From Callorhinchus milii (lineage: Eukaryota): 64,000 nt of DNA. Position numbers and translations under genes: made by a program. Below are positions 1 through 12,441 of the stretch, piece by piece. How positions within the stretch are numbered: position 1 is the stretch's first letter; each line of letters begins with the position of its first letter. The notes below the pieces were generated by a model. It was not told the origin of the DNA. It saw only the letters and a list, made by a program, of their open reading frames with translations, and made no database searches. The stretch lies in NCBI RefSeq assembly GCF_018977255.1, contig NW_024704743.1:14758001-14822000 (forward strand), written 5' to 3'.

Positions 1-229
1 ATTGTACCTTAAGATCAAACTAATTTCATGGCATATTATTCAGCAATGAAATGCATCTTTCATCGATTTCTGCTTAATATGAACTTACTTTAGAAATCTA
101 TTATCCACCTAAATGAAATTACTTTCCCAAGTACATGCCAGTGAAGTTGTAATTGTTCTTAAGTAATACATATAATTATAGGTAGCTTTCATCAAAGACA
201 GATGGTCGCATTGTAAATGGATGACTAGA

Positions 230-610
230 CTGCTTCATTAAATGCTCAAGCTTCACAGGGCTCTAGTCAGGCACCATACAGTTCTCGTCACCACAATATA
301 AGAGCTGCTCAGGCTCTGGAAGCAGTGCAATGAGGATGAGCCCCCCCAACCCTCTCCCAGTATTAGAGTGATGGGCTATGAGGAAAGACTGGATAAGCTT
401 GTATTCTTCAGCCTTGAAAAATAATATCTCAGCAGGGACCTTATTGAGGTGTATAGAATGCTAAATGGAATTGAGAAGATAAACCCAGAATAATTGCTGG
501 ACTCATTGTAGAAACCACGTAATTTTGTGATGCTAATATAATAGGATATGGTTCTGGAAGCATGAGATCAAACAAGCTGAAGGGCCTCTTTCATTCAAAC
601 CTTTCTTGTG
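230..610 (+). mobile_element. Decayed CR1 LINE 3' fragment
   Basis: Resembles the CR1 RT C-terminal region (agggctctagtcagg..., tatgaggaaagactgg..., ttcagccttgaaaa) and ends in a CR1-like tail (gctgaagggcctctttc). Confidence 0.6.
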
Positions 611-649
611 AACTACGATTTACTAGTGTTGGAAGAAATCTCAAATACT

Positions 650-1300
650 ACATGCCTTTTGCAACATTACCAAATTAACCCAATATGTCAGTGGTTGAGT
701 CCCAGTCCAGGAACCAGGGTGCAGAGAAACATAGGCCAACGGATCTATTAGTATGTGATTCACAATGATCTGTTCTGTATTTCCATTTACCTTGTACTCC
801 AACCTTTCCTATCCCTTCCTGATCATTATCAACAGGCCTCAGCTCTTATCTCCCAGCACAATTTGCTTTCCCATTCAAATATAATAATAATATAAATATA
901 ATATAACTGAATGTCAAATGCTGCATTTGTGCTGTGTAGCTCCCTAGTTTAAGGTTAACTCCCTATCTAGTTATGCTAACCCATCTTTCTGACAAAGTTT
1001 CCTGTACTTGGAAAACATTCCCAGTTATCTATGAATATCTGCAAGCCCAATTTGCCTAACTGATCACTGAACCCAATGATCCTATTCATTCCCTCCATTC
1101 TCCCAGATAATAGTAGATACAAAACAGATACTGCCAGAAATGGATTCTTTGCTTTAAATCTGCCTAGCAATTTTAATTCCTCAAACTTTCTAGCTGTATC
1201 ATGTATCCCCACATGTAAACTACAACTGAATTAGCTCTATTTGAAGTCACTTTTCAAGTATCCCTGTTTTATTATGTGCATCTTGAAGCAACATTTTGAG
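650..1300 (-). mobile_element. Decayed CR1 5' part: ORF1 SGNH-esterase-like remnant and possible start of the APE endonuclease
   Basis: Minus translation across frameshifts (VGIHD-TAR...FIDNWECF...RKDGL) resembles the CR1 ORF1 esterase motifs (VGTND...DHWDLF...KRDGLHL); includes ORF 976-1212. Confidence 0.5.
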
Positions 1301-1619
1301 TTCCTCCAAATGCTTGGGAGCATACATATTCGGGTATTTCTCTAATTTGACCACACCTATACTTGTTATTATTCTGAATAGTGTTGAAAATGCAGCATTG
1401 ACAAACAGGAAGTAGCTACATTAATCGGGACTCTGCATTTTTTATACAAGTGCTCATACTTCACATGAGCCTCCACACATGCTAATTCCCCCTCTCTAGC
1501 CTCCCCCCAATTCTCATCCAAATTAAACTTTAAAAAATTTAATTGCAATTGGACTTGCTTTTCAATCCCAACCAAAATACAAAATCCCAGCCACATCTGC
1601 TATGTGTTTCGCTTCTCAC

Positions 1620-2165
1620 AAGTTCACAAGATCAGTTAGGATGAAAAAGGCCTTCGGACCATCTGATCTATGCCTCCAGAATACCCACCCTACTGTCCCC
1701 CCATCACAACATCATAGAAACATAGAATTTTGAAGCACAGAAGAAGGCAATTCGGTCCATTGTGCCTGTGCCGGCTCTTTGAAACAGCTACCAACTAGCC
1801 CCACTCCCCTACTCTTACCCCATTAAGCTGTTTTTTAAGTGTCCTCGCCTCAATCACCCTTCCTAGGAACCTGCCAAAAGCTAATTACCCTGAGCAAAAA
1901 AAACCTTCTGGTATCTATCCTGAAATTTCCACCCACAAAATATACAGTCACTACATTTTACAGTTCATTCTATGAAGCACTTTGAGACATCTCAACGAAG
2001 TGATAAGGTCCTATATCAAATGCAAGGATTATTATTAAAAAATTGCCCTTTATAACGCTAAACCTATCTCCTCTTGTTCTACTATCATGATACATCCTGA
2101 AGTAATGATCTGAGTTTATTTTTCAATCCCATTCAAAATGGTATACACCTCTAAGAGGTCCCTTC
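1620..2165 (-). mobile_element. CR1 3' fragments with a nested + strand SINE tail (~1940-2037)
   Basis: catagaaacatagaa tail microsatellite and cacagaagaaggc...cggtcc; the SINE tail gaagcactttgagacatc...aaatgcaaggattattatt lies inside. Confidence 0.6.
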
Positions 2166-2269
2166 TGTAGTCTCAGGACCACAGGGAGTTACTTCTAGTG
2201 AGGGCTCAAACCTGTGCTTGCTGGATGTCGAATGATGGGCGGGGGGAGAGGTAAGTGGAGTCACATTTC

Positions 2270-2727
2270 ACAATGGAATGTCAAAATCAAGCCAGGCCTC
2301 TGTGGCATTCTGATGAGGCAGCTTGGAAGGGCAAACCAGTCATTGGGGTCATCAAATCATCCCACTCAGCTCCTGTTAACCCTGTAAGCCAAAGCGCTAA
2401 AAGATAAGGGGTCCTAGCAGCAGGAAAGCTTGCCAAATAGTGATATGAATGGCAAGCTATGCGGTTTTAGCTGGTTAGACTCAAGCAGTATCCCAACACA
2501 CACGCTGGGGGCCCCAAGCCTTGGCTCTTGCCAATCTGTGCCTAAAACTTTCCAGAATTACATGAGCAGGATGCGTCCTTCCAAGGAGAAAGTGCGCATT
2601 CTATTCCAACAATTCATCTCCATGTGTAGGTGAGATGCATGGAATTCTCAGTTTGGTTTGGATGCTCTTAAGCACGGTGATGGGTTTCCGCATGTGTCAC
2701 ACACACCCAAGCTCACAAAAAAAAACT
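2270..2727 (+). repeat. Unclassified ~550-bp A-tailed interspersed repeat, copy 1 (internally deleted)
   Basis: Aligns by eye with 38360-38930 and 44720-45258 (actcagctcctgttaac, ccccaagccttggctcttgccaa, ttggtttggat...catgtgtca, A-run). Confidence 0.8.
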
Positions 2728-2899
2728 GAAGAGCCTTAGCATGTTTTGTCATTCCACTAACGCTGGGCATCATCTTCGATGTTGTTCTCCTCTTCAATGC
2801 CTCTTGGCCCTGGCTAGTGACCAGAACTGTTTGCAGTTCACCAGATCCACTCTAAGGCAAATACAATTCCTCACAGCCTCACAGAGTATGATGTCATGA

Positions 2900-2971
2900 T
2901 TCAGAGCTTTGGGACGTCGTCCAGACGTGAAAGGCACTCTATAAATGTAATTGTGTTGTTGTTGTTGTTGT
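2900..2971 (+). mobile_element. L2 3' tail
   Basis: gctttgggacgtcgtccagacgtgaaaggcactctataaatg followed by (TTG)n. Confidence 0.8.
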
Positions 2972-4141
2972 CATGGCATCTAAATTCACCTGATTTAGCC
3001 CAACATCCTGTTTGCCTTGTTTATTCGTGCCTCACAATCGTATACCCAATTCTTTATTTTATACTTTCATTTCTCGAGGGAAGAGTAAATGGTTTTGCTG
3101 GCTAGTTTTGTCGCAGTATGTTGCTTTTTGAAAAAAAATTGTATTTATTAAATTTGATTTCCAGATTGATACCTGAAGCATGTAATCTCAATAGATTGGA
3201 TAGCAAGACTCAAGGCCAATGTAGTAGTTTTACCAATAGTTTACTTGACTGAGATATAAAAGACACAGCTCAGTACTCATTTTATTGGGAGTTCCAGCTC
3301 AGCCTTTCAATAGCGTTTTAAAATAAACAGCAATATAACAAGTGGTAATAGTATTCAACACATATTTATTGGTTCTGTACTATAGTGTTATTTTTGAAAT
3401 GCAGCATTTACAATCTCTCTACAACTTGCCGTCAGATAATCTACAAAACGTGCATGGACGACAGACACATACTTAAACAAAAACAAAACTGCAAATGGGG
3501 GCTTGTTTACTAGAAATATAGTCAGTAGAGCTGTGAGCTGGATGTACAAAGCTGCCCAGGAGAGTGAAATGCTCCAAATTCCCACACACATCACAAATTC
3601 TACGAAGTATTTTCTAAATTACTTAAAGATCAGCACAATACAAAACAATTAAATGCCTAGTGTCAAGGGTTTATTCAACAGCAAATAATTAAAATGGAAT
3701 CAATATGATGATTTTCCTATTTTGGAATCATGCAATGTTTACAGCACAGAAGGCCATTCAGCCCATGAAGCATTTTCAGGAATTTCAATGTGTGAATAAT
3801 ATGCAAGTTCGAGCAATAACCTCAAACAAAAATTAAACTGGCTGAATGGCAACAGATTGCAATAAGGTCCTGAGCAGCTGAGGTCTAGATTTTAAATGAA
3901 TCAATGACCAAAAATGCACTTCACACAATTAGCAACCTCAGAGGCCAAAAGGACCAACAATATGGGAAATGGAGGTCTGAATCAGAAGCTTAAGTTAATC
4001 AACTAATGGTGCAAAAAAACATTTAGGAAATACATTTGTGATTGATCTATTTAACCTCCTTCTTCCTCAGTGACTGGGTCAAATGCGCTCACAGCAACAC
4101 AGCATACTAACTCCTCTGAAAGATCTTCAAACCAACCTTAC

Positions 4142-4185
4142 CAGACACCTTTCTAATTGTTATGGTGGGCAATAAATCAGACATT
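4142..4185 (-). other. Candidate 44-nt exon of an unidentified minus-strand host gene
   Basis: Acceptor ctctttttcccttgcgtag and donor CTG|gtaagg; the one open frame reads MSDLLPTITIRKVS. Confidence 0.35.
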
Positions 4186-4781
4186 CTACGCAAGGGAAAA
4201 AGAGATTAATGAAATGTATATCAAAGTTATCAAGAGAGGGTTGTGTTAACCCAAAAACAATATATTTTGTGACAATTATTCACTTATGTGTGCATTTTAA
4301 ATACAGCATTGGTTTTGTAATGCAAAACCATTTTGATTTGCCTTTTGAGTGTTAATATTAAAGAGTTCTGCACCAATAGAAATTATCAAAAAGATTAACA
4401 TGTAAATATTCTTTGATAAAACTATTTAGAAACTGGCTTTTAAATGAACAGTCTGGATGAGGAGAAGGCAGATTTTGTCCAAAACTAGTGAAACAATTTA
4501 TTTATTTTATTTAGTTAATCAGCTGGTTATTCATGGCCAAACATATAGCACCGTTAACAGAATGTCTGTTCTACTGCCTCCTTCCCTTCTCTCATTTCCA
4601 GAGGAACTTTAAGGGTGGTGTTGGGTGGGAAGAGAAGAAAAGTGTTGTGAATAGGAAGAGGAATTTGCATTTTTATAGTGCCTATATCCTGAAACATCTA
4701 AATCTGCTCTACAACAATATGCATCCCCGGATGTGCTGGCAATTGTCTTTTTGAACATTATGAAAGCGCCAGTTATAAATA

Positions 4782-4930
4782 CAGTAGAATCTGCTATTGC
4801 CAGTCGGCGGTTAAATCCGGATGTCTGGTAAATCGAGCAAAATTCCCACCCCGATTCATCTGTATTCTTACCTGTTTTAAATCTGCCAGTTAATTCGGAT
4901 GAAAATCCAGGCTTCGTTGGTTGCTCACTT
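4782..4930 (+). mobile_element. Tigger/pogo-like DNA transposon left end
   Basis: TA|CAGTAGAATCT terminus followed by CpG-retaining sub-terminal repeats (aatccggat / aattcggat). Confidence 0.45.
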
Positions 4931-5665
4931 CTGTGTGTCGAGCCATCAGCCATGAGGGACTCCACACTATAGTAAGTTGTTGTATAATTGAGCTTCCTGC
5001 TCCCCTTCTCTGTGCTACCAGTTCACTCCTCTGATAAGCACCTGTACAACTCAATAAATATGTTCCCCTCAAAAAAAAATCTAAGTCTGCTCCATAGTAA
5101 TTACTGTCTAGTGACTGTTTTTGTAGGCATAAGTAGCTGCCATTTTTGCACATAGCAAAGGTCCAAGTCATGAGGTGAAAGACCAATTAATCTGGAGGAA
5201 ATAATAATAATCCTTGCATTTTTTTGAGAAATCTGAGAACATCTTGAAAGCAAGTTAAAGTGAGGTCCAAGGACAGCCTCCTGGATCAAAAATGTCTGCA
5301 GTAAACACGGGCACAGACACAAAGGCTGAGTGGCCTGTTTCTGTGCTATACATTCTTTGTAAATTGTTTTTGCAATACCAGTTTCTCAGTTCTAAAAGCC
5401 CCAGCAAATACCAACAAACTGACATAAACACAACTTTCGGGAACTTCTATGGCTTATTTTTTACCACAGGAGGTCCTTACCTCCCCAACCTTGCAGTGGA
5501 AGCCACTTAAGCCACATCTGGGCCAGCTGTTTTGTCCGTCTTAAGCGCGTCCGATGCTAACCAAAGGTCTCATCTTGACCAGTAGTGGACCAGCAGTGGC
5601 CCCACCTCCCTCCCATTGCTGTTCCCACTGGACGGGAAGGGGAACAATTAGCAATGGTTCCGAGG

Positions 5666-5838
5666 TGATTGACAGCCTGAAGCCACATGCTCCACCTATT
5701 CAGAAACTCAGCTGTCAATCAATCACAATTTGACTCCTCCCATTCCTTCCACTGTTTCCTCCCCATTCACTGATTGACAGCACAACTCCAGCCATTTGTG
5801 AATGTTGCTCATTTCAATCAATTCAACACAGTCAATCA
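5666..5838. promoter_or_regulatory. Cluster of TGATTGACAG (PBX-PREP/MEIS-type) decamers
   Basis: Exact at 5666-5675 (+), 5712-5721 (-) and 5771-5780 (+); one mismatch at 5829-5838 (-). Confidence 0.4.
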
Positions 5839-7491
5839 ATTGCAATCTGACTCCGCCCTTCTCCATCCCAGAGACACTCGTGGCTGAAAGGAGCTGCTCG
5901 AGACACAGATGCAATGGCGATGAATGCAGAATTTTGACAGGATTAAGAGGATTTTTGTCCTAATTAACAGGTATGTTTAAACGAGATAAGAATGCAAATG
6001 AAATTGTATACTGTTGTTTCCAAGATGATCAGGCACATCACTAGTATTAAAGACCTGGACATATTTTGAACACTTTAATAGTTTGATAACATATTTTCAC
6101 TCAACACTATAAAGACTACAATATTTTTGCAAAAGAAACACAATACGCAGAATACGATGAAATGCAACTATTACCACATTGGAATGTGACAGGAAGGAAA
6201 ACTGTACTTTAGGTGCCATTATCTAGCAAGAAATGAGCTATCACACTGCCCCCATCCTGATATCAAATTGTCCTTAAAGAGACTGCATTTTCCAGTACTT
6301 TCTCTTGACAACTTCAACTATTCCTACAGAGAATACTGAACAAGAAGAAGTCAAAACTTCACCATTTGTTTAACGTCTAGACCCATTTTAAGCATAACAT
6401 TGATCATACAACATAATGTGGATTAGATTGCAAAGTTGTAAAACACTCACTGCATCACTTTTAATTAATACAAAAAATTAGACATGCATCAATTCATTGA
6501 TAATCAGATTGTATAGATGCATTCAATAATGGAAAATAATCCATTATTTTCACTCAAACCTTGGAATTTGACCCACTATAAATATACAAAATACAAGAAA
6601 ATTAGCAGCTTAGAGCATCCAGTACTGTAGTTAGAATTTTTATCCTTTTAAACTGGTCTTACGAGTCTACAAGAATCTGTTGTTTCACACTGAATATCAT
6701 TTCATTACAATTCCTAATGATGACTATCATACAATAATCATTATTGTTATATGGATCATGTACATTGCTAATGTTTACTGTACAACAAAGATGAGAGTAA
6801 TCAAATCTTAGACAACTGTACAATCAGATCTAAAGCATCAAATGTAATCTCAACATGCCCAGCATCTACATTCAAAAATGTAAACAATTTTAATTTTTCT
6901 TAAATGATGACTGTAATGTCATTACCTAATCAGTCCAATACATCGAATTAATGCCTGAATTAAATTTAATGGTTATAATTCCACAGTTGGAGGAGCATAT
7001 TCAGCAGGTTTTAACAGGATTGGCTATGAAATTCCAACAACTTTACACAGCTATAAAATTAAGAATTTGATGTTGTTCGTGAACAGAGGTGGAGACCTAT
7101 AATGAAATATGTATTGTTATTGCACTTATTTGACTTCTTTCACGACAGTATAGTGGTGTGGAGTTTGAAGCTGTGTTTATACTGCCCACTCTAGAAGACT
7201 GCCAATCCATCAACTGCCCCTCCCTCCTTCCCCCTGCCAGTTTTGACATTTGGCTCCAAGAACAAAAAATCCCAATTGGTCATTTTATTATAAAAGAAAT
7301 GGTCTCATGACCGAATAACATTACAATTGCTCTGTTTCATAGGTTTCTGGGTTAATCAGGGAACGAGAGAGTCTAGTGCAATTCAGAACAGCCACTTTTA
7401 TCTTGGAGGTGCAATCCACAAAATAAACACATACATCCATGGACACTTTGTTGTTTCATTTTAAAATCACATAGTACGATAATAAACTTAC

Positions 7492-7545
7492 CTAGAACTA
7501 TTTTGTTCAGTTTAGATAACGTGGATGAATATTTCTGAGAGCCTC
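7492..7545 (-). other. Candidate 54-nt symmetric (phase 1) exon of a minus-strand host gene
   Basis: Acceptor cctgtgttcttctgttgcag and donor CTAG|gtaagt; open frame (x)GSQKYSSTLSKLNKIVL. Confidence 0.5.
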
Positions 7546-7759
7546 CTGCAACAGAAGAACACAGGATTTAAGTAAAAAATTAAGTTTACAAGAGAAGAGC
7601 AAGACAAACACCAACTAATATGATCACCTTCAATGTCTTTTTCCAACGATATTTCAGCTTATTGTAAAACCCAAAATGATATAGATATTGACTTCCCCAG
7701 AGACAAAATGATTCCCAGCTTAATGGAAGGCTGTGGTTAGACATTCAGCCAGTGCAATA

Positions 7760-8720
7760 AGAACATAAAGAAAGAAAACATTGAACCAGAAAAGCCTAAT
7801 TGGCCTCATGAAGCTGACAAAATCTATCAATAATGGACATCACCTCATATTCTATCTCTTTAGAGAAAGTATTAACTTAGAATATTGGATATTCCTTAAT
7901 CCTTAAAGGTTTACAAAGATTTACAAAAAATTGTAGGCCATTGAATCAGGCACCTCAGCCCAACCTCCATATGAGATTCCATCCACTCCTTACTCCCTCC
8001 CAAATACTCTACTATCTCGCTCACCCTCTTGTGAAGGTCTAGCTTACTCTGGAATGCATCTATACTACATGATACAACCACTGCTTTGGGTAACAAGTTC
8101 CCAATCTCACTAACTACTGCGTGAAATATTTCATCCTAATTTCTCTTTTGTAGGGAAAGTGTTCCACAAATATGCTACTCGACTGGGGGAGGGAGAACTG
8201 CTTGAGGCATTTAATTTTGGACAAATGCCCTCTACATATGCTGTCACGTGCCAGGTTACTAGCTTGCTTACATTTATATCATCTATGTCTCTCATCATTT
8301 TAAACAACTGATTAAGGACTCAAATTTTATTTCCTAGAGCAAGTTCAGCTCAATGAAAGTCTCCTCATAACTAGAGACCCAAAACCTGGATTCATCCTTG
8401 TTGCAATTCTTTGGTCTCTCCAGTTTTTCTAGACCCTTTGAAGTAGTGATCCCAAACTGCATTTAAATGATCCAAATCTTCTTAATGCTATTTATCGTCC
8501 TTGTAGTATTCACCTGTCCATACAACTATATAGTATTAGTCTTTTTTAACAAGCAGTGCCTTCTTCATGTAATTAATAATTGTGAACAGTAGGGCACCCA
8601 GCATAGACCCTATAGAACTCCACTAGTCACTGTGCCCCCAGACAGGAGCATTTTCCATTTATCGCCGGCTTTCCATTATCAAACTATTACCATTTTCAAG
8701 TCCAATTAATTCCATGGGCT
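7760..8720 (-). mobile_element. Decayed CR1 3' region(s)
   Basis: taagaacataaag tail; ORF 7911-8096 (LPKAVVVSCSIDAFQSKLD) resembles the CR1 C-terminus; gggcacccagcatagacc is RT-like. Confidence 0.6.
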
Positions 8721-8949
8721 TTAACCCTCTTTGGAACGGCTGTCGAACTATCCTGGAGGCACTTCACTGAACACGTATAACAGAAGTAATTTCTAATGAA
8801 TGCCTTATGCTGGCTATAATGAATTGAAAGTTGTTAAATAAAATTTAAACTCCCCTCTGACTCACAGAATTCCGTATTGATCACAGCATTAACAAAGCAG
8901 GTTTTTATTTTTCAAAATCTGAAGCAGAACTACTGAAAACACTTAGCTC

Positions 8950-9510
8950 AAAAAAAGTTGCCAGCCATTGAGGCCAAGGAAGAATTTACTGAAAACCTTA
9001 TGGGGGTAATGTACAATTTTTTAAAAAGCCTGGTCATCGGGTAAAACAAAAGACAATTCAGAGTTGCTTTATGCCTGTTTTTTTCTGGGTAACAGATATT
9101 GATGACTTCCATGGATTCCATGGAGTCACAGCTAATACCTGACTGATGATCAGGTGCTGTATGAAGCTCTTGGTTTGCAAAAAGAGAGTTCATTTAACTT
9201 GCTGTTAATGTGAATGCAAATCAGCAGTGCACGGCAGCGCTGGCAGTTGAAGATATCATCGTCTCAGTAAAAAAGGTTTCAAAAGCACAGCCAACAGCTG
9301 AGGAAACTGAAACCAATGATGAAGAGTCAAACAATGACAGTATTTGGCGCATGACGTGCAAAGAAGCATTCAGCATATATGAAGCACGGCAGATATTTAT
9401 TGCTGAATCAGAGCTATCGAAAGAAACGGACAAAGCAGCTACGTATTTGACAACATAGAAATGCTAATCCGAAAAGAACAAGTGTCGCGAATGAGACAAT
9501 GTACTCGGAA
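8950..9510 (+). mobile_element. Tigger/pogo-type transposase C-terminal remnant
   Basis: IQSCF...EDIIVSV...acidic tract...MTCKEAF...RMRQCT follows the pogo/Tigger C-terminal pattern (IxNCF, DEDIV, PTxKEAL, KQxTL); contains stops and frameshifts. Confidence 0.5.
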
Positions 9511-9671
9511 ATAGTACAGCAATTCTAATTAGAGTACTTTATGTAAATACATGTGAATAAATGCTTCTAATTGCAGCATTTTGTATGAAATACATGTAAA
9601 TAAATGCTTCTAATTGATCCTCCAGTGGTTTCAAACCAAGTTTCTGTTTCATTCCAGTCAATAAATGCTTT

Positions 9672-10676
9672 AACAACAACAACAAGATTCCATTTATAGA
9701 GCGCCTTTCACGTCGGGAGGACGTCCCAAGGCGCTGTACAGTTGGGTCAGGACCCGAGCAGTGGGGAAATGGTCAGGGTGAGGGGAGGGAAGGGAGGGAG
9801 CGAGGAGGGGGTAGAGAGTCGAGAGGGGAGCTGAAGGCACGGTCAAAGAGAAAGGTCTTGAGACCGGCCTTGAAGGAGGAAAGGGAGGAGGCGGCGAAGG
9901 CACTGGGGGATAGAGTTCCAGAGCCTGGGGGCTGAGAGGCTGAAAGCCCGGCCACCGATGGTAGGGCGGTTGGGGCGGGGGATGTGGAGCAGACCAGAGC
10001 CAGAGGAACGGAAGGTACGGGCAGGTAGGTAGGGGGATAGTAGGTCGGAGAGGTAGGAGGGAGCGAGGCCATGAATGGCCTTGTAGGTGAGGATGAGGAT
10101 CTTGAATTCGATCCTCTGGCGGATGGGGAGCCAGTGGAGGCGAGCGAGGGTGGGAGTGATGTGGTCGCGAAGCCTGGTGCGGGACAGTACACGAGCTGCA
10201 GAGTTCTGAATGACCTGCAGCTTGTGGAGGGAGGTGCCGGGAAGGCCGGCGAGGAGAGAGTTCCCATAGTCCAGCCTTGAGGTGATAAAGGCGTGGACCA
10301 GAGTTTCAGCCGCGTGAGGGGTGAGGTAGTGCCGTAGTCTGGCGATGTTCCAGAGGTGATGGAAGGCGGTGCCAGTTGTGGTGCGGATATGAGGGAGAAA
10401 GGACAGCTCAGGGTCGAACAGAACCCCGAGGTTCCTGATTGGCTTTGAGAGGTGGAGAGTGCAGCCTTGGATGCTGATGCTGTCAGCGCCTGAGGTGCGG
10501 AGGCGCTGACGTGAGCCAATCAGGAGGGCCTCAGTTTTGCGCACGTTGAGCTGGAGAAAGTTATCTCTCGTCCAGGACTCGATGTCGGACAGGCAGCTGT
10601 CAGGACATCGTTGGTCGTGGAGTTGAGGGTAGAGGAGGAAAGGTAGAGTTGGGTGTCATCCGCATACATACATGCA
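9672..10676 (-). mobile_element. Young 5'-truncated L2 LINE (RT C-terminal half and 3' tail)
   Basis: Open 233-aa ORF 9843-10544 (KTEALLIG, RNLGVLFD, SRLDYGNSLL, QNSAARVL, LHWLP); many intact CpGs; (TTG)n tail; truncated at MYADDTQLY. Confidence 0.95.
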
Positions 10677-10755
10677 TGCATGTATGTATGCGGATGACAC
10701 CCAACTCTACCTTTCCTCCTCTACCCTCAACTCCACGACCACCGATGTCCTGACA
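10598..10755. repeat. 158-bp palindrome (79-bp arms, no loop, 1 mismatch) at the L2 5' end
   Basis: tgtcaggacatcgttggtcg...catgca|tgcatg...cgaccaccgatgtcctgaca; centre at 10676/10677. Confidence 0.95.
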
Positions 10756-10760
10756 TGTCA

Positions 10761-10764
10761 TGCA

Positions 10765-10796
<32 letters not shown>

Positions 10797-10804
10797 TACA
10801 TACA
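10761..10804 (+). repeat. (CACG)n(CA)n microsatellite
   Basis: Read directly from the sequence. Confidence 0.9.
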
Positions 10805-12109
10805 TTAACCGCAATGAATGAGTCTATGTTGTTCGTTCATTCGTTTATGTTGAAACCTGTTTATGTCGACAAAATCCGCTCAGTATCTACAATGTCAACA
10901 TAAATGGGTAGGACCTTTTGAAAAGCAGTTAGTTCCCTCTGATGTCTTGACTGATATTCCTCAATCATCCAAATTCATCAAAAGCAGATTAAATAATTGT
11001 TCTATTACTTCTCTTGGCATGTTGCTGGCACAGATTTATTCCCATTTTTATCTGGATACATTTTTAAATATCTAACAGCTCTTAACACAGTGAGTTAAAA
11101 GTATTTAGAAGTGTTAAAGTAGAAAAATAAATTTTATTGTACTATTACGTGGAATGAACTGCCTATGGAGACAACAGTTATAGACAATGTTAGTAAAATT
11201 GAGAGAAAACACACTATATTTTTGAAGAAAGAAGTACTTAATTGGTATAAAAAATTGAGTATTGTATAGTGGTGTTCACGCCTGCCATATGGTCTGCAAT
11301 AGTCTTTTCAGTGAATCCCTAGTTTAACCAATTATCAATTTAATACAGCAGTGTGGAGCTCTCCATTGTTCAAGCCTAGGCACTCATTTTGCAAAAACAA
11401 AGTAATAAAGTAATAAAAATAAAGTAACCTTCAACCAATGTGGGCTGAAACTCTCGTCAGTATTGCGCGTAGCACCTTTGACAATGTCAGCCTCTGATGA
11501 GGGTTTACAATCACTCCTTTACAATCACATCACAAACTACTATCATTAGTAGTTTCAGCCCAATGGACTGTATCTGTGTAATAAAATATGTGTAATATAA
11601 TATTTCCTGCATTTGATATATATTCATGTAGTCAAACCATGTAGTCAAAGCATTTCAATCGTGCAGATTAATCCGTCATTGACTTCAGCACTGTTTGTGG
11701 GGCATTGCTGTGCACAGATTGGCGACATTTGCCTACAAATCCACAGACACCACAGTCTCAATAATAAAATACATTGGATTATCAGCCTGGACTGATTTCC
11801 AAGTCTGAATGTGGGGATTGAACCCAGAACCTTATGCCTCAGAGGCAAGAGTATGACCAACTGAACCAAAGGATGTCTTGAAGCACTGCTGGCTGGGTAC
11901 CCGAGCTGGGGTGGGAGCCGAGGATTATGGTCTATGGTAAGCTCACGTTGTCATATGGATCAAATTGTGCCTTTGAGCACGATTGGGGGTGGGGGGGGAA
12001 CCTTATAAAATCCCCCACAAAATAGCTTCAAAAGTTCTAATTATTATTCATGAAACAGTATCTTTCCAAATGAATCCCCAATACATTTGTTTCTTGTTAA
12101 TACATTTGT

Positions 12110-12441
12110 GGCATCCTGTATCTCAGTGGTTAAAGCACTCCTCTCACAAGTGCTTTAACCACAGCAAGTTTCCCTACTCTACATGCCTCTGTTTACCTAG
12201 CGGTAAGTAGCAACCCGGTTGTTCCTTGATTGGCAGATTGCTTTTCCGGGGATAATAATCCCTTCAAAAAAATAATAATAATAATAATTTGGTCATTCAA
12301 TCCACGACTATTTGTGGGACACTGCTGAGTGCAATTGGCTGGCACATTTTGCCTACAAAATATACAGTCAGTTCACTTTACAGTATATTCTGTGAAGCGC
12401 TTTGATTCATGAAGACGTGATCAAATGTAAGGATTCTTATT
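12110..12441 (+). mobile_element. tRNA-head Deu-domain SINE, long subtype
   Basis: ctcagtggttaaagcact head, tttgtgggacactgctg...caattggctg core, L2-like tail. Confidence 0.85.

Noticed and set aside
3473..3599. Hydrophobic minus ORF (FVMCVGIWSISLSWAALYIQL...) with a gtatgt donor
   Set aside because: The acceptor lacks a pyrimidine tract and the peptide is unrecognised; insufficient support for an exon
4120..4209. + strand peptide FLIVMVGNKSDIL resembling the Rab/Ras G4 motif
   Set aside because: Bounded by stops, no donor before the stop, and no G1/G3 motifs nearby; most likely chance
11430..11565. CTGATGA/GAAAC words and a 12-bp inverted repeat (tgggctgaaact) suggesting a hammerhead ribozyme
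   Set aside because: The three stems could not be assembled around the core on either strand
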